A DNA stretch of 64,000 nt from an uncultured Nitrososphaeraceae archaeon (GCA_963825865.1 CAWGVG010000046.1:13739-77738), one strand, 5' to 3'; numbered from the stretch's first letter, positions 21,506-33,090 are shown. Translations and numbers: made by a program. The notes: a model not told the origin generated them from the sequence alone.

Positions 21506-23144
21506 ATGCAGATTCCGGGTATATCTGATCTCTTAGATAAAGGAACTATTCCTGATAGCGTGCTACTCCTTACCGGTCCTGCTGGAGCAGGCAAAAGTAT
21601 GTACTGCAGACAGTTCTTTGCAGACGGCTTATTTGACAGAGATTATTGTATTTATGTCAGCTCCAATTTAACTGATAAGCAGTTTAGAAGTCAATTCTCT
21701 AATATTGAAAAGTTAAAGCTAATTGAAAATTCCAAATTTATAAACCCATATCTATACCACACAGATCACCTTAATAGTCAAGAATATTCTTCTCCTTCGT
21801 CTTCGTCGTCGTCGTCTTCTTCTTCCTATTCATTTACCATTTCTGATAAAAAGAATGAAGATAATGATGATAAAACAGGTGGTGGCGGATTGGACAATGA
21901 CAACATCAAAAAATTATCATTGACTTTAGCAGAAATTCGTGATGATCTAATCAAGGCAAAAAAATTTGTCCGTGACGATAATAATAATAATAATGTCAGT
22001 ATTAATAATAATATTCATCATCCTGCATATCCTTTTTCTTCTTCTTCTTCTCCAGATGGCAATAATAGGTCTGTTCGCCTGATTGTTGATTCTCTGACAC
22101 ACCTTTTGGTGCTATTTGGACAAAGCGCTGTGTTGAAATTCGTCAACGATCTCTCTTTTCTTTTGAAAGAGTTTGGAGCAATGGCAATTTTTACATTGAC
22201 TACTCCATTATCAAATGAGTATTTGACCAATGCTTTAAGTTCTATTTTCGATGGCATAATTGAAATGAAGCTTGAAGAACATGGTGGATCTATGACTAGG
22301 AGTATCAGACTGCTTTCGATCAAGGGTCTGCACCATAACCCTTCATGGATCAATTTCAAAATCTCTGATGATGGCAGCCTGGCATTTGCTGACCAATCGT
22401 CTTCGTTGACCTGTATGTTATGTGGAAAATCAATTTTGGGCACACCTATATTTGATTCTGAATTTACATTTGACAGTCAAAGCTGTTTAGAAACATACAA
22501 AAAACTTGCAGTAGTTTATGGTTCGAATATATCAGAAATTGGACTACCCTCAGAGGTCGTAAATGTGAACTTTTTCTTTATAGACATAGTAAGCCTTTCA
22601 GATCCTTCTTTATCTATTAAAAAACAAAGAGAAAAGATCGAGGTCCTGAACAAAATGATTGGTTCTTGTGATGCCTACTTCAGAACACCCAGGGACAAGA
22701 AGATTATTCTCCCCACAGGAGATGGCATGGCTATAGGTTTTTTGTTGAATATAGAGCTACCTTTTCAACTTAGTATTCAACTCCACCGAAAACTTAGGGC
22801 ATACAATCGTGGCAAATCCCCCGAAGAATTTATTGGAGGTACGAATCGGTTTAAGTTCTGGCCCTGTGTTTGTAGTCAATGACATAAACGATAGGCAGAA
22901 TGTATGGGGACCAGGGATTATACTTGCCCGCCGCGTTATGGACATAGGTGATAACTACCACATATTATTAGCAGAAAGAATAGCTGAGGAATTGATTGCA
23001 CTCAAAGATGAATACAGAGCATCCATAAAACCCGTCGTCGATTATCAGATTAAACATGGCCAAACAATCAAATTGTATTCGGCTTTCTCGAAGGAATTTG
23101 GAAACCCAAAACCACCAGCAAAGATTATTGAACGTTATTATTAA
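21506..23144 (+). CDS. KaiC/RAD55-like ATPase fused to a TRASH-like Cys domain and a class III nucleotidyl cyclase domain (frameshift near 22830)
   Basis: GPAGAGKS, LIVDSL, FDGIIEM; CMLCGK...FDSQSC; FFIDIVS, PTGDG, VRIGLSSGPV, NVWGPGIILARRV. Confidence 0.85.
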
Positions 23145-23554
23145 AAGAGAAAGTACACTAAAGCAAGCGAAATAAAAAATTTATTAGAGAAAACACACTT
23201 CTTTGAACTTCCTTCAAAGCTGTGACAGTCTTCTTCTAAAACAACAAGAGGCGCAGCTGATTATTTTGTATATAAAATCACAATTCAAAATAATAATAAT
23301 AATAATAATAATCAAAGCCAACACTCTGTGGAATGCAATGATGTCAATATTCAACCCACTCTCAGACCGCTTATTGATATTTTGACCAAATATTTGCGAA
23401 AATGACGTAACAAGTATTGGCTACACTGTATATAGCTATCTTTAATTGTCAGGTCAGATAAATTTTAGCAATATCAAATATTTTCTTGCCAGAAAGAGAG
23501 ACATGTTGTATAATAAACGATTTTTTAGCATCACCATTTCTTTGACCATATTTC

Positions 23555-24815
23555 TGACATACTCCCTACGTTAAAGCCTTGGGGTTCTGGTGTCTGTATC
23601 GTTTTCTACAGTTGCACCTTTAAGCGTATCAGTGCTCGCTTTCCAATGTATCTCTGTCTACATTGGATTGATCTCTGGTGGATATGCGCAATACGATATC
23701 GGTTTGCCAATATTGAACGACGCATTAACATCTCCATGATCAACGTGTCCATTTGGACACTCAAATCTTTTATCGTCTCTTTTGCCTATATGTCCACACC
23801 TAGAACATGTTTTTGACGTATAGCGTGGATCAATATATTCAACGATTATCCCTTGCAGCTTGTCCTTGTATTCTATAAACTTCTGAAGTTGATAGAATGA
23901 CCAACTGTTCAAAGAATAACGAAAACTTTTGACATGCCTCTTGCCCTTTCGAATGTCCTGCAGTTTTTCTAGCCTTATACTAGATTTTGCACTACTTGCT
24001 GTTTCGACTATCTTTTTACTAATATGGTGGTTAAGGTTCCTAACGATCCTGCTTTCTCTATTTTTTATCTGTTTAACCTTTCTATACTTACCTCGTTTCT
24101 GCAATCCTTTCCTAATGTGTTTATATTTTGTATGAATATGCTCAGCAATCTTTCCTAATTTCCAAACCTTGCCTGTATCTGGATTTGATATAACTGCTAT
24201 ATGACCTGTAGTATTCAAGTCCACTCCAAGATATCCGTTATTGTTAGCATAATAACATTGTTGGTGGTATTCTTCTTTTTCTTTGACTGAAACAGAAACA
24301 TATGCATACTCTTCACCAATTTCTATCTGGTTTACATTTTCAAAAGAATGTGGAATTCGATATTCAAACGAACACTTTAGACACGGTATGCTTATCATCC
24401 TTAAGACTCTAAATCTAGTTTAATGCCTTGATTTGGAATTGTTAATTTGATATTCTTCACCTGTCTGATTACTTTGTTTCTACCATACTTTCGAAGTATC
24501 TGGTTGGATATAGCTGACTTTATGATGTCCATACCAAGGACATCATATCCATACTCTTGTCTGCTTACCTAGAATCAGTTCTTTCAGCCTTGAAGCAATA
24601 TCCTCTGTTAATACTTTCCTTCTATACTTTGGACAGAATATAACATGATACTGGGAGCTATATACTAAATGGCTATCTGTCTTATACTGCTTTGGATAGT
24701 TCTGGATATACGTATTAATTATATGATAATCATGTATATAATGATTTAGATATATGTTGTAGTAATGCCGCAATTCATCAAGTCTCTAAGAGAGCTGGCT
24801 TTCTTGCGTCTTCCA
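23555..24815 (-). mobile_element. IS200/IS605-family element with an internal deletion (tnpA' fused to 'tnpB)
   Basis: tnpA start YSSQYHVIFCPKYRRKVL; tnpB RuvC and Zn motifs; end hairpins near 24768-24810 and 23555-23590. Confidence 0.85.
23658..24520 (-). pseudogene. tnpB: TnpB, N-terminally deleted and frameshifted
   Basis: LGVDLN, IRLEKL, TSKTCSRCG, CPNGH, DVNASFNI. Confidence 0.85.
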
Positions 24816-25940
24816 GTAAGATTCTTATCATATAGAAAAAGTGAGAATAAGAAATAGAATTGGTGATGAGATCTGTGTGATATCAAATAGTACATTATCT
24901 ACATTTTCTCTGAACCTTTTTATTTTCTCAAACAACAACATTTTCTTTTCTTTTCTTATCTCTTCATCCATCATCCATCCATACTTTCATAAACTCAATT
25001 GTAAATCCCACTGTCATACTAACTGTTAATAGTACACCAAGGTTTGCCATTGCTCAGTCATTATATGGTCGCCGACATATCCAATAGTACGTCCTACTCC
25101 AGTATTGGTTGGAACTTGAGAAGTTGTATTTGCAAGGAACAAATTTCCTAGAGATTGTTTTTTTGTATAGAACTCTATAGTTAATTCAAAGTATAAAGAT
25201 ATGGAATTGTGTCTTTTTTATTTTTAAACAAAGCATATTTAATTATTATTATTATTATTAGAATGAAAAACTTCTCATTAACTGCAGTTACTGCAGTAAC
25301 TGCAAAAGTGACTGCAGGCAAGCCAATAATAATGCAAAAGAAAGTTTTAAGGAGTGAAGGTGCTTGACCGGAAAGGAAAAACAATGGTAATGTCCACATT
25401 GTTCTGAAACCTCAGATAGACCTTGGAATTTAAAAATCCATATTGCGAACTTTCATGATAAACGTAGTTTATTATACACCCTAGTGGAAATGGAGTAAGC
25501 AATACACCTTTGGTAAATCTTTTGTATATGATAAGTCAAGTGTCATTATTAATTTCAGTGTTACTAGTCATTAGTCCTGGACCATTTGAAAGATAACTAC
25601 GATCCTTAATTAAAGGAGGTTTAATTTTATGATTGACCTCTCTTCTGAAGATTCAGATAAAAGTTTCAATGCCTAGACACGCAGATTACACACCAAACTA
25701 TTCCAATAGACTCCAAACCTTCTGGATTTCCATATGGAGAATGGACTGCCAATTCCTGGCAATAGGCCTTATCAATTCCAAAAGATCATAATCCTCATTG
25801 ACAGTTCTGCTAACATTGTGCTGAAGGACAAAACCATATTTGTAAACTTACTTTCTTGTTGTTGATACATATTTCTAAAAAATACTCTTTATTTAAACTT
25901 AATAGTTGTTAGAGAAGTGTATGTGTGTTGAAGCAGGAAC

Positions 25941-26680
25941 ATGATATTTGAGTTAATAAGTCGTAAATTTCAGTTTAAATTCAAAGATAGAGTTGCTGCC
26001 AGCTGACATCTTAGGAGAGTCTTTAAAGGGCAGAGTTAAAAATAGAGAAGAACAAAAAACTGCAGTCGTTTTGGGTATTCCACGGGGTGGAGTAATAACA
26101 GCTGATATTGTAGCAAAGAAGTTGTATACCCCTTTCTTTGATATTATTATTCCAAGAAAACTTACAGATCCGGATAACAAAGAGCAAGGAATAGGTGCCA
26201 TTATGGAAGATGGTACTACATATATTGACCAGCAATTGATAAATGATTTGCAAATATCTTCAGAGTATGTAGAAAAAGAGAAACTAGAACAAATACAAGA
26301 GATTAAGCGCAGGACTGCATTATATCGTAATGATCCAACAAGAAAGGATTTTTTCAGTTCTTCTTTTCTTAAAGATAAGACTGTAATTTTAGTCGACGAT
26401 GGAGCTGCAACTGGAGCAACCATTATTGCTGCCTGCCAGATGGATAAAGCAACTAGAAAACAAACCTAAACGTTTGATAATTGCTATTCCTGTAGCTCCA
26501 AAAAGCACAATAAACTTACTAAAGAAAGAATGTAACGCAGAAGTTGAAGTTGTAATCAGTCCATCTTCTACATTTCATTCAGTCGAACAATACCATCAGA
26601 GCTTTCAACCCATTCCAGATGAACAGGTTATCAGAATTATGAAGGACAGAAACATATTACCACCATATTCAACATCATAA
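25941..26680 (+). CDS. Phosphoribosyltransferase-family protein (frameshifted)
   Basis: FKDR, VLGIPRGGV, ILVDDGAATGAT PRPP loop, IAIPVAP. Confidence 0.85.
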
Positions 26681-27051
26681 TTTTGGATATGGGTTCGTAA
26701 CATCTTGTTATCTCATTATTTATATATAGATATATACACACCATCTGTTAGTAAAGCCGTAGTTTACAATACAACCTTTACTTAGCTTCTTATGAAATAT
26801 AAAACAAGAGTAGAAGTATTATTGAAATCACTCACTCTTATAATGTATGATAATTAGGTAGAAATATAGATACTAATACAAAGCCTAAAGAACAACTAAC
26901 ACAGGTGATCATGATTTCCTAAGTCTTCCTAAGGCTTTCATGGTTTGGCAGGTATATCTTACACGTAATCACTTAGACAGGGAATATATGAGAGAAACAA
27001 TATTTTTGGTTATCTGTTCTTTCCCTCCCTCTATTCTTTTTCTTCTCCTTG

Positions 27052-27351
27052 CTATATAGATTCGTCCTTTTGGTTATCTTCAGCAAGTGTGAATACAAAA
27101 CGTGAGCCACAATATTCTTCAGATCCTTCTTTTTCCCAATTTACATTGTATGCACGTGTAACTTGTTTTCCGATGATTTTAATAGTTTTAGGCAGATCAG
27201 AATACAGCTTCTCGACCTTTTCTGGACTCTTTGTCGTAAGCAGAGACCGGCGTCTTTTCATCAAATATTTTACTGCCACATTTCTATGAACTTGCCCTTC
27301 TACAGGAATCTGCTCCTTGCTGGTATCGATAGTAAATTGTCGTTTAGGCAC
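27052..27351 (-). CDS. Conserved thaumarchaeal-type hypothetical protein
   Basis: Intact 99-aa ORF with upstream AT-rich promoter and downstream purine tract. Confidence 0.6.
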   Translation of the reverse strand: MPKRQFTIDTSKEQIPVEGQVHRNVAVKYLMKRRRSLLTTKSPEKVEKLYSDLPKTIKIIGKQVTRAYNVNWEKEGSEEYCGSRFVFTLAEDNQKDESI

Positions 27352-27846
27352 GGTTAATTTGTTAATATTTTGATCATGATTATCATAACTAATGGTTAAC
27401 GCTATTTGATAAATCTGTCAACTACCACCAGCTAAAGCATGGTGGCTTGTAACTGCCGAAAAAAGAGGCGCTACAATAGGCTGATTGACTGCAGCCCTAG
27501 CATTAGGAGCAATATTTCTTGCTGCCACATAATCTGCCATTTCCTTGTATCCACATTGAAGACATTCAAAGTCATTTCTTGATTTTCTGTTTCGTCTGTC
27601 TATGTATTCGCAAGATGGACATTGCCTTGAAGTGTTCTTTGAGTTTACAATCCTCAAAGGAACGCCTTCCTTCTTTGCCTTATATGTTACAAAGTTTCTT
27701 AATTCTCCAAAACTCCATTTTGAATGTCTGTCTCTCTGGCTACGTCTAAAAACAGTTGTCCTCAAACGAATGTTAGTTAAAAGCTTATGTAAACACACGC
27801 GTAGTTATTTTCTGTAAACTATGACTAGTTATGTTCTTGTGCGTGT

Positions 27847-28853
27847 TGCTTTGTTGCATGATTAATTATCTTGTAAGTGATACTTATTTGACCACTCACC
27901 ATTTAGCTTGCTAGTATTAATTATTCTGGTATGGTTGACTGGCCTTGCTATAATGAATCACTAGTTAGGCGTGGTCAAGTACTCTTGGATTTTGATGTAC
28001 TTGATCGATGGGATCATGAATTATGTCAAATGAACCTTGGTAAGGTTGGTGAGCCCTACTGCTACCCAAATTCATTTATTCAGCTTCTAGGTTACATGAG
28101 AGCATATTTCCATCTACCATATAGACAAACACAGGGTGTAGTCATAGCTCATGCAAGTAAAGAAGTATCAAACACACCACATTATAGTACCATTAATAGA
28201 CGTATAAACAGGCTAGAGATTAAAATCGATGAAAAATTAGGAAATGATATTGTCATTGCTTTAGACAGCACCGGCATTAAGGTAGCTAATCGAGGGGAAT
28301 GGATGCACCACAAATGGCATGTCAGAAAAGGATATCTAAAGATACACATAGCAGTTGATATCGAGAAGAAAAGAATTGTATCTCTGGAGGTAACAAGTGA
28401 AGAGGTACATGATGGTAAGATGCTAAAGAAGTTAGTAGACAATGCTTCTGAAAATAATAATCATGTGAAGGGTATATTAGCAGATGGTATGTACGACAGC
28501 AATAAGAATTTTAGATACCTATCAAAGAACCACATTAAGCCTGGTATAAAGACAAGAAGTAATTCCAAGGTCAAGTCAACTAACTGTCATGCTAGGAATA
28601 TGTCTGTAGTAAGACAACAACAGACAAACCTCAAAAAATGGAAGCGTAGCGTGAGCTATGGGTACAGGTGGATAGCAGAAACAGCATTCTCTTCCATTAA
28701 AAGAACATTTGGTGAACATGTAACAGCTAGAAAGTTTCCTCACATGGTAAAAGAGATCCTCCTAAAGGCAGCTCTGTATAACATGTTCAATCGAAATGAC
28801 CTGAGCTAACGGTTTGCATAACCTAAAATCCTAATGAATTATGCAACAGAGCA
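27847..28853 (+). mobile_element. IS5-family insertion sequence, copy 2
   Basis: Same TIRs as copy 1; 9-bp TSD TGTGCGTGT at 27838-27846 and 28854-28862. Confidence 0.92.
27931..28809 (+). CDS. IS5-family DDE transposase (intact)
   Basis: 292 aa, near-identical to 9823..10668. Confidence 0.92.
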   Translation: MVDWPCYNESLVRRGQVLLDFDVLDRWDHELCQMNLGKVGEPYCYPNSFIQLLGYMRAYFHLPYRQTQGVVIAHASKEVSNTPHYSTINRRINRLEIKIDEKLGNDIVIALDSTGIKVANRGEWMHHKWHVRKGYLKIHIAVDIEKKRIVSLEVTSEEVHDGKMLKKLVDNASENNNHVKGILADGMYDSNKNFRYLSKNHIKPGIKTRSNSKVKSTNCHARNMSVVRQQQTNLKKWKRSVSYGYRWIAETAFSSIKRTFGEHVTARKFPHMVKEILLKAALYNMFNRNDLS

Positions 28854-29896
28854 TGTGCGTGTTATTATAATCCTCGGTCCAATCCGATACTGCCTGTCCT
28901 ATATCAGACTCATTTCCAAATGTACTGTTATCGATGGCTTTCCTTTGCATCCACATCCATCTTACCTCTATCATATTGAGTTCTGGCGATTTTGTAGGAA
29001 GGAACACAGGCACTATTCTTGGATGATGGTGTGCTAACGCTTCTCTTGTCTTCTTGGATTTGTGTATTATGGACGCGTTGTCAAGTACCATGAATATTCT
29101 TTTGATGCTTGAATCATAGACTGAATCCACTTTATTCATGAAATCGATGAACTGATTACTTTTCTTCTGTTGTTGGTAGCAGTGCGTTAACAACATTCTA
29201 TCGTTTGTATAATCGTAAATGCCAAACACGTTCAACAAACCTTTTACTTTCTGATCATGTTCTATTTTGGTCTGAGTAGAACACCATGAAGAACCACCAT
29301 ATGTTTTAGCTGCTATGGGTCCTTTTTCATCCTGAAATAACAGTACCTGAATATGCATTGGAGTTATTCTTCAGCTCTTCAATATGCTTTTTTTAAATCA
29401 TAATCTGGGCCTTTGCTTTTACTACCTAGAACAATCTTGGAATGTCTCCACTCAATACCGTGTTTTAAAAGTACATTTCTTATTTCAGCATGACTAATGC
29501 TACCAACTATTTTCTTTTCCATAACGTACCCTGCTAGAACACGTAATGACCATGTAGAGAATTTCAATCCTAGTTCCCTCGGGTTAGCCGATGCTATACT
29601 TACAATCTCGTTTTCTATATCATCTGTTATATTTAGAGCATCATGATCATGTTTCCTTGATGATGATACAATGCCATCAATAATACCATGACCGTTGAAT
29701 CTGTGTATCCATTTACGTATGTTATATTATCATGATGATTGGTTTTCCTTCTTATCTCAGGTACCGTATATCCTTCATTCCGTAGAAGGATAATCTTGGC
29801 TCTATAACCTGCACCCTTACTACTATCGTCGTCAATCATGGCGTATAGTCTGTTCTTTTCTTCTTCAGTGATATCTCTGAGATAGGTCGGTCTCAT
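28854..29896 (-). pseudogene. IS630 transposase (frameshifted; last codons displaced to 27786-27846)
   Basis: ORFs 29633..29896, 29379..29567 and 28831..29358 give the HTH region, WSLRVLA and the DDE triad; AAAAAAAG site at 29387-29394. Confidence 0.85.
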
Positions 29897-31808
29897 AAAA
29901 TCTTAGAATAACATGTCAGCTAAAGTTATTACTACAAAAATAATCTGCTGATTCAATCATAATGTCTTTACAACATTAACATACAGACCGTTTTACAATG
30001 CTGTTAAATCTTCTAGCGCAATTGTTTGATTCGTGCCTTTAGCCTTTGAGACAATGGCCTTTGATATAACATGATTAGTATCTTTCTTAAAACGTCTTTC
30101 CTTACCAGAAACTTTCTTTAACTTTGTCTTTGCTGACTTGGTTCCAACTTTCTGTAATGTTGATCTTTGTTTACTATAATGCTGTCTTGTTCGTTCTACA
30201 TTCTTACTATTTCCAAACACCTGACGATCAGAATCAACGGCAATATTCTCAATTCATAAATCAACACCTAAAGCACCTACTGGATCATACCCTGATTTAT
30301 CAGGTGTGTCAACTACGACAATAAGATAGATAACACCATTTTTGTATATTAAATCACATTGTCGTCTTACTACTCCCCTACTATCAAATCTTGCTTTCTG
30401 GTATTCACCTACTCTGGTAGCAAGCTTTAGTCTACCTTGTAAAGTCATTATAGATGCTCTGTCAATGTTTATTCTAGAATTACGCAAGTCGTATTGGATT
30501 GCTCCAAGTGATCTGAATGCTGGCCTGATATCTTTATTTCGTTTATATGCTTCTACAACTTTGCTTATTATCCTTATTGCAAATTGAGCGGTTAATCCAA
30601 ACTTTTCTCTTATGTCCTTGTAGACTTGTTTTTACAGGTCATATTTGTTTGAAAGTCGTTGAGAGAACGCTATATCTGCCACATAATCAGCTGCTTTGTT
30701 ATACCTTCTCATAGTCTCTAACAATATGGCCTTATCATTATCTGAGGTTTCAAGCCTAATCATTAGAGACTGAAGCATCTTTTATTGAAGGAATATATCA
30801 TTCAACGATGTATTTAGCTTTTATTACTGTATGTCGGCAATTCCTCCCAATCTTAAAAGTGGGCTTCCTTGCCGATTATCTGTGAATTTTAGTTATTTTT
30901 ACGCAAAACTATAGATGATAGAAGTAGCAGGGTTTTATTATTTATTTCTGAATTTATTTTTAACATTCATAATCTTTAAAAGCAAAGAATAAAGCAAGAA
31001 ATTACTCGATGTTATCCAGGGGGGTTGTGTCGAAAAGGCATAGATCTTTCATTCCTTTGAACATTGCGGTCACTGCAACAAAAAAGTACCTATTCGTTTA
31101 AAGTACAAGCATTTGCATTAAAAAAAGAAAATGAAAGTCAATTCCCACATTCATATTATTTACATGCAACAAGAAGAATTTTCAAAAGCATCTTCTTCGA
31201 AGGTTGGAGCAGCAGAGGTAATAACAATATACTGTCAAGCCCCTGTTTAAGATTTGCCAAAAATCATCATGTGATACGGATCTTTCTTGATGTTTCTTAA
31301 TTATGTTGATTCCATTATTTAGGAATCATTTCTTCATAAATAGAAGCTTAAAATAGTAACACTATATCAGAAATAGGTTAAAGAATAATAGTGGCAATCA
31401 GTCCAATTAGTCAGTTGCATTGTCTAATTCTGGACAAGGGCTACCAGATACAGGTCGGCGATTATCACAATAGCCTTGATTTTTCCACACTTAGTTCTTC
31501 CTTTAAGTAATCTTTTTTATTCCATTCTTACTATTAGATTTAAAAAATTGTCTGTCAGGTATCAGACAATCATTAAATCAAGCCGAACAAAAATCGGAGC
31601 AGGTACTATCAAGACTATTATTCCTATGATTATATAAATCAGATACCAAATTGTCATATGCTAATTATTTTAAGAGCAATATAAGAAATAAGAAATTCCC
31701 ATAACTTATCGTATACATTTTACTATAACTATCGAGACAATAATATTTAAGGCTACTTTACAGACCAAAGGCATGCCATTCATCAAATCTAAATGCCATT
31801 TTTTTAAG

Positions 31809-32649
31809 TCAATCGAACCCTACCTCCCACAATCGTTTATCTTTTGATAATATCGCAGGAAGTTCTTCTTTATAGTGGAATCCACATTCATCAAGGACTG
31901 ATTCAAAATCAAACTTTACCTTAGTAAATACCTCTTCTTCTTTTTCCAGCCACGAGCATAAACTTGCAATAACCTTATCTCTTATTTCGGGCCTCGTATA
32001 TAAATACCAAAAATTATGTGCAGTACGGACTGTAGCCAATTCTTGCTTCTTCTTTTCATCTATTATTGGCGAAGGCGTATAGAACTTATTCATTAATTCT
32101 GTATTGACATCTATCCAAGATGGTGTTCTCCACCAAGCTATTTTCTCAAATCCAAATTGGTCATATTCACATCCTCCATTTATACCGCATTGGCCTCCGG
32201 CATCAAATGTGGTAATAATACACTTTGCAGATCGTGCCACAAATTGACGAAAATCTACTCCAGGTTCCATCCAACCTACAAATGCAACATCAAATGTTTT
32301 TGTTTCAACAAACCATTCCATAGGCAGCTGAATAGATATAATCGGGCCTAGGTTGCTGAAGAATATAAAAAATGCTCCCGTCCTTTTCAATACCTATGGC
32401 AGTAGGAAGAAATTCTCTTATCTTTCTCAAAAAGTCACCGTAGCCGCAGCCAATATCTACATAATCAGGGTTATGTGAAATTGATTTCGCAACTTGCACT
32501 ATCCTCATTACATCGATTTTACGATAGGTAAAATATGACCCTGCAAAAAACGGAAAAATATAACGTTCATGATACGGTAAAGGATTTAGAGCTTTGAATT
32601 GCTGATATGTCAGATAAGCTTTTTGCAGTTCATCTACTCTAAATGGCAT
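31809..32649 (-). CDS. Class I SAM-dependent methyltransferase (frameshift)
   Basis: YVDIGCGYG motif I, AIGIEKD, FDVAFVGWM. Confidence 0.75.
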
Positions 32650-32865
32650 CTATACTTCTTCTTCTTTTTAAAAGAATTCTCATATTCAGCCTCTTATATT
32701 TTCACCGAGTTCAACTTCAAATTTTAATAATAATATATCTATTTGTAAATAATTTAAATTTAATTAAAGAATTTATATTATACAAAATCAAAGGCAAAAC
32801 GGTCCCTCCATAACGCTGTTGAGAAAACCCAAAAGGCTTATTAAGTTCGACTATAATTTGCTGTT

Positions 32866-33090
32866 ATGGTTAGGAAATTCGACGATTGGTGGAAGACCGT
32901 TCCTGAAGATCTTAGGAATAAAACCCGCAAGGGAGATGAAGGAAACAAGCCTTTGCTAAACCAAGTTAACTATGTTCTTTTGCATCTTCATTTAGCCGGC
33001 AAACATGACGCCAAACCATCCCACGAAGAGCTTAAGGATTGGCTACATAGCGGTCAGGTAGATGTCCTTAGGATGACCGCCAAAAAATAA
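32866..33090 (+). CDS. Conserved small thaumarchaeal-type protein
   Basis: Intact ORF with upstream TTATTAA box and downstream T-tract. Confidence 0.65.
   Translation: MVRKFDDWWKTVPEDLRNKTRKGDEGNKPLLNQVNYVLLHLHLAGKHDAKPSHEELKDWLHSGQVDVLRMTAKK

Larger units (their letters stand above)
27782..30002 (-). mobile_element. IS630-family element carrying a nested IS5
   Basis: GTTAAA (TA core) at 27776-27781 and 30003-30008; imperfect TIRs AGCATTGTAAA / AGCTTATGTAAA; transposase motifs FQDEKG, VLDNASI, SPELNMIE. Confidence 0.88.
27418..30778 (-). pseudogene. tnpB: TnpB split by IS630 (IALEDL/TNIRLRTT), with internal stops
   Basis: MLQSLMIRL at 30778, LGVDL*, IALEDL, TSRQCPSC, CLQCG, ADYVAARNI. Confidence 0.88.
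27417..30880 (-). mobile_element. IS200/IS605-family tnpB-only (IS1341-like) element, interrupted by IS630
   Basis: Left-end hairpin CGGCAA...TTGCCG at about 30835-30875; right end AAGCCACCATGCTTTAGCTGGTGGTAGTTGAC ending at 27417. Confidence 0.85.

Noticed and set aside
21506-22400. Calling the KaiC-like protein a circadian clock component
   Set aside because: Single ATPase domain, no kaiA/kaiB nearby, and degenerate catalytic residues
21506-23144. Calling the cyclase locus a Pycsar/CBASS defence system
   Set aside because: No cNMP-binding TM or TIR effector adjacent; the context next to radA with MinD looks regulatory
24815-25870. Minus-strand coding-like debris
   Set aside because: Too many stops to assign a family by eye
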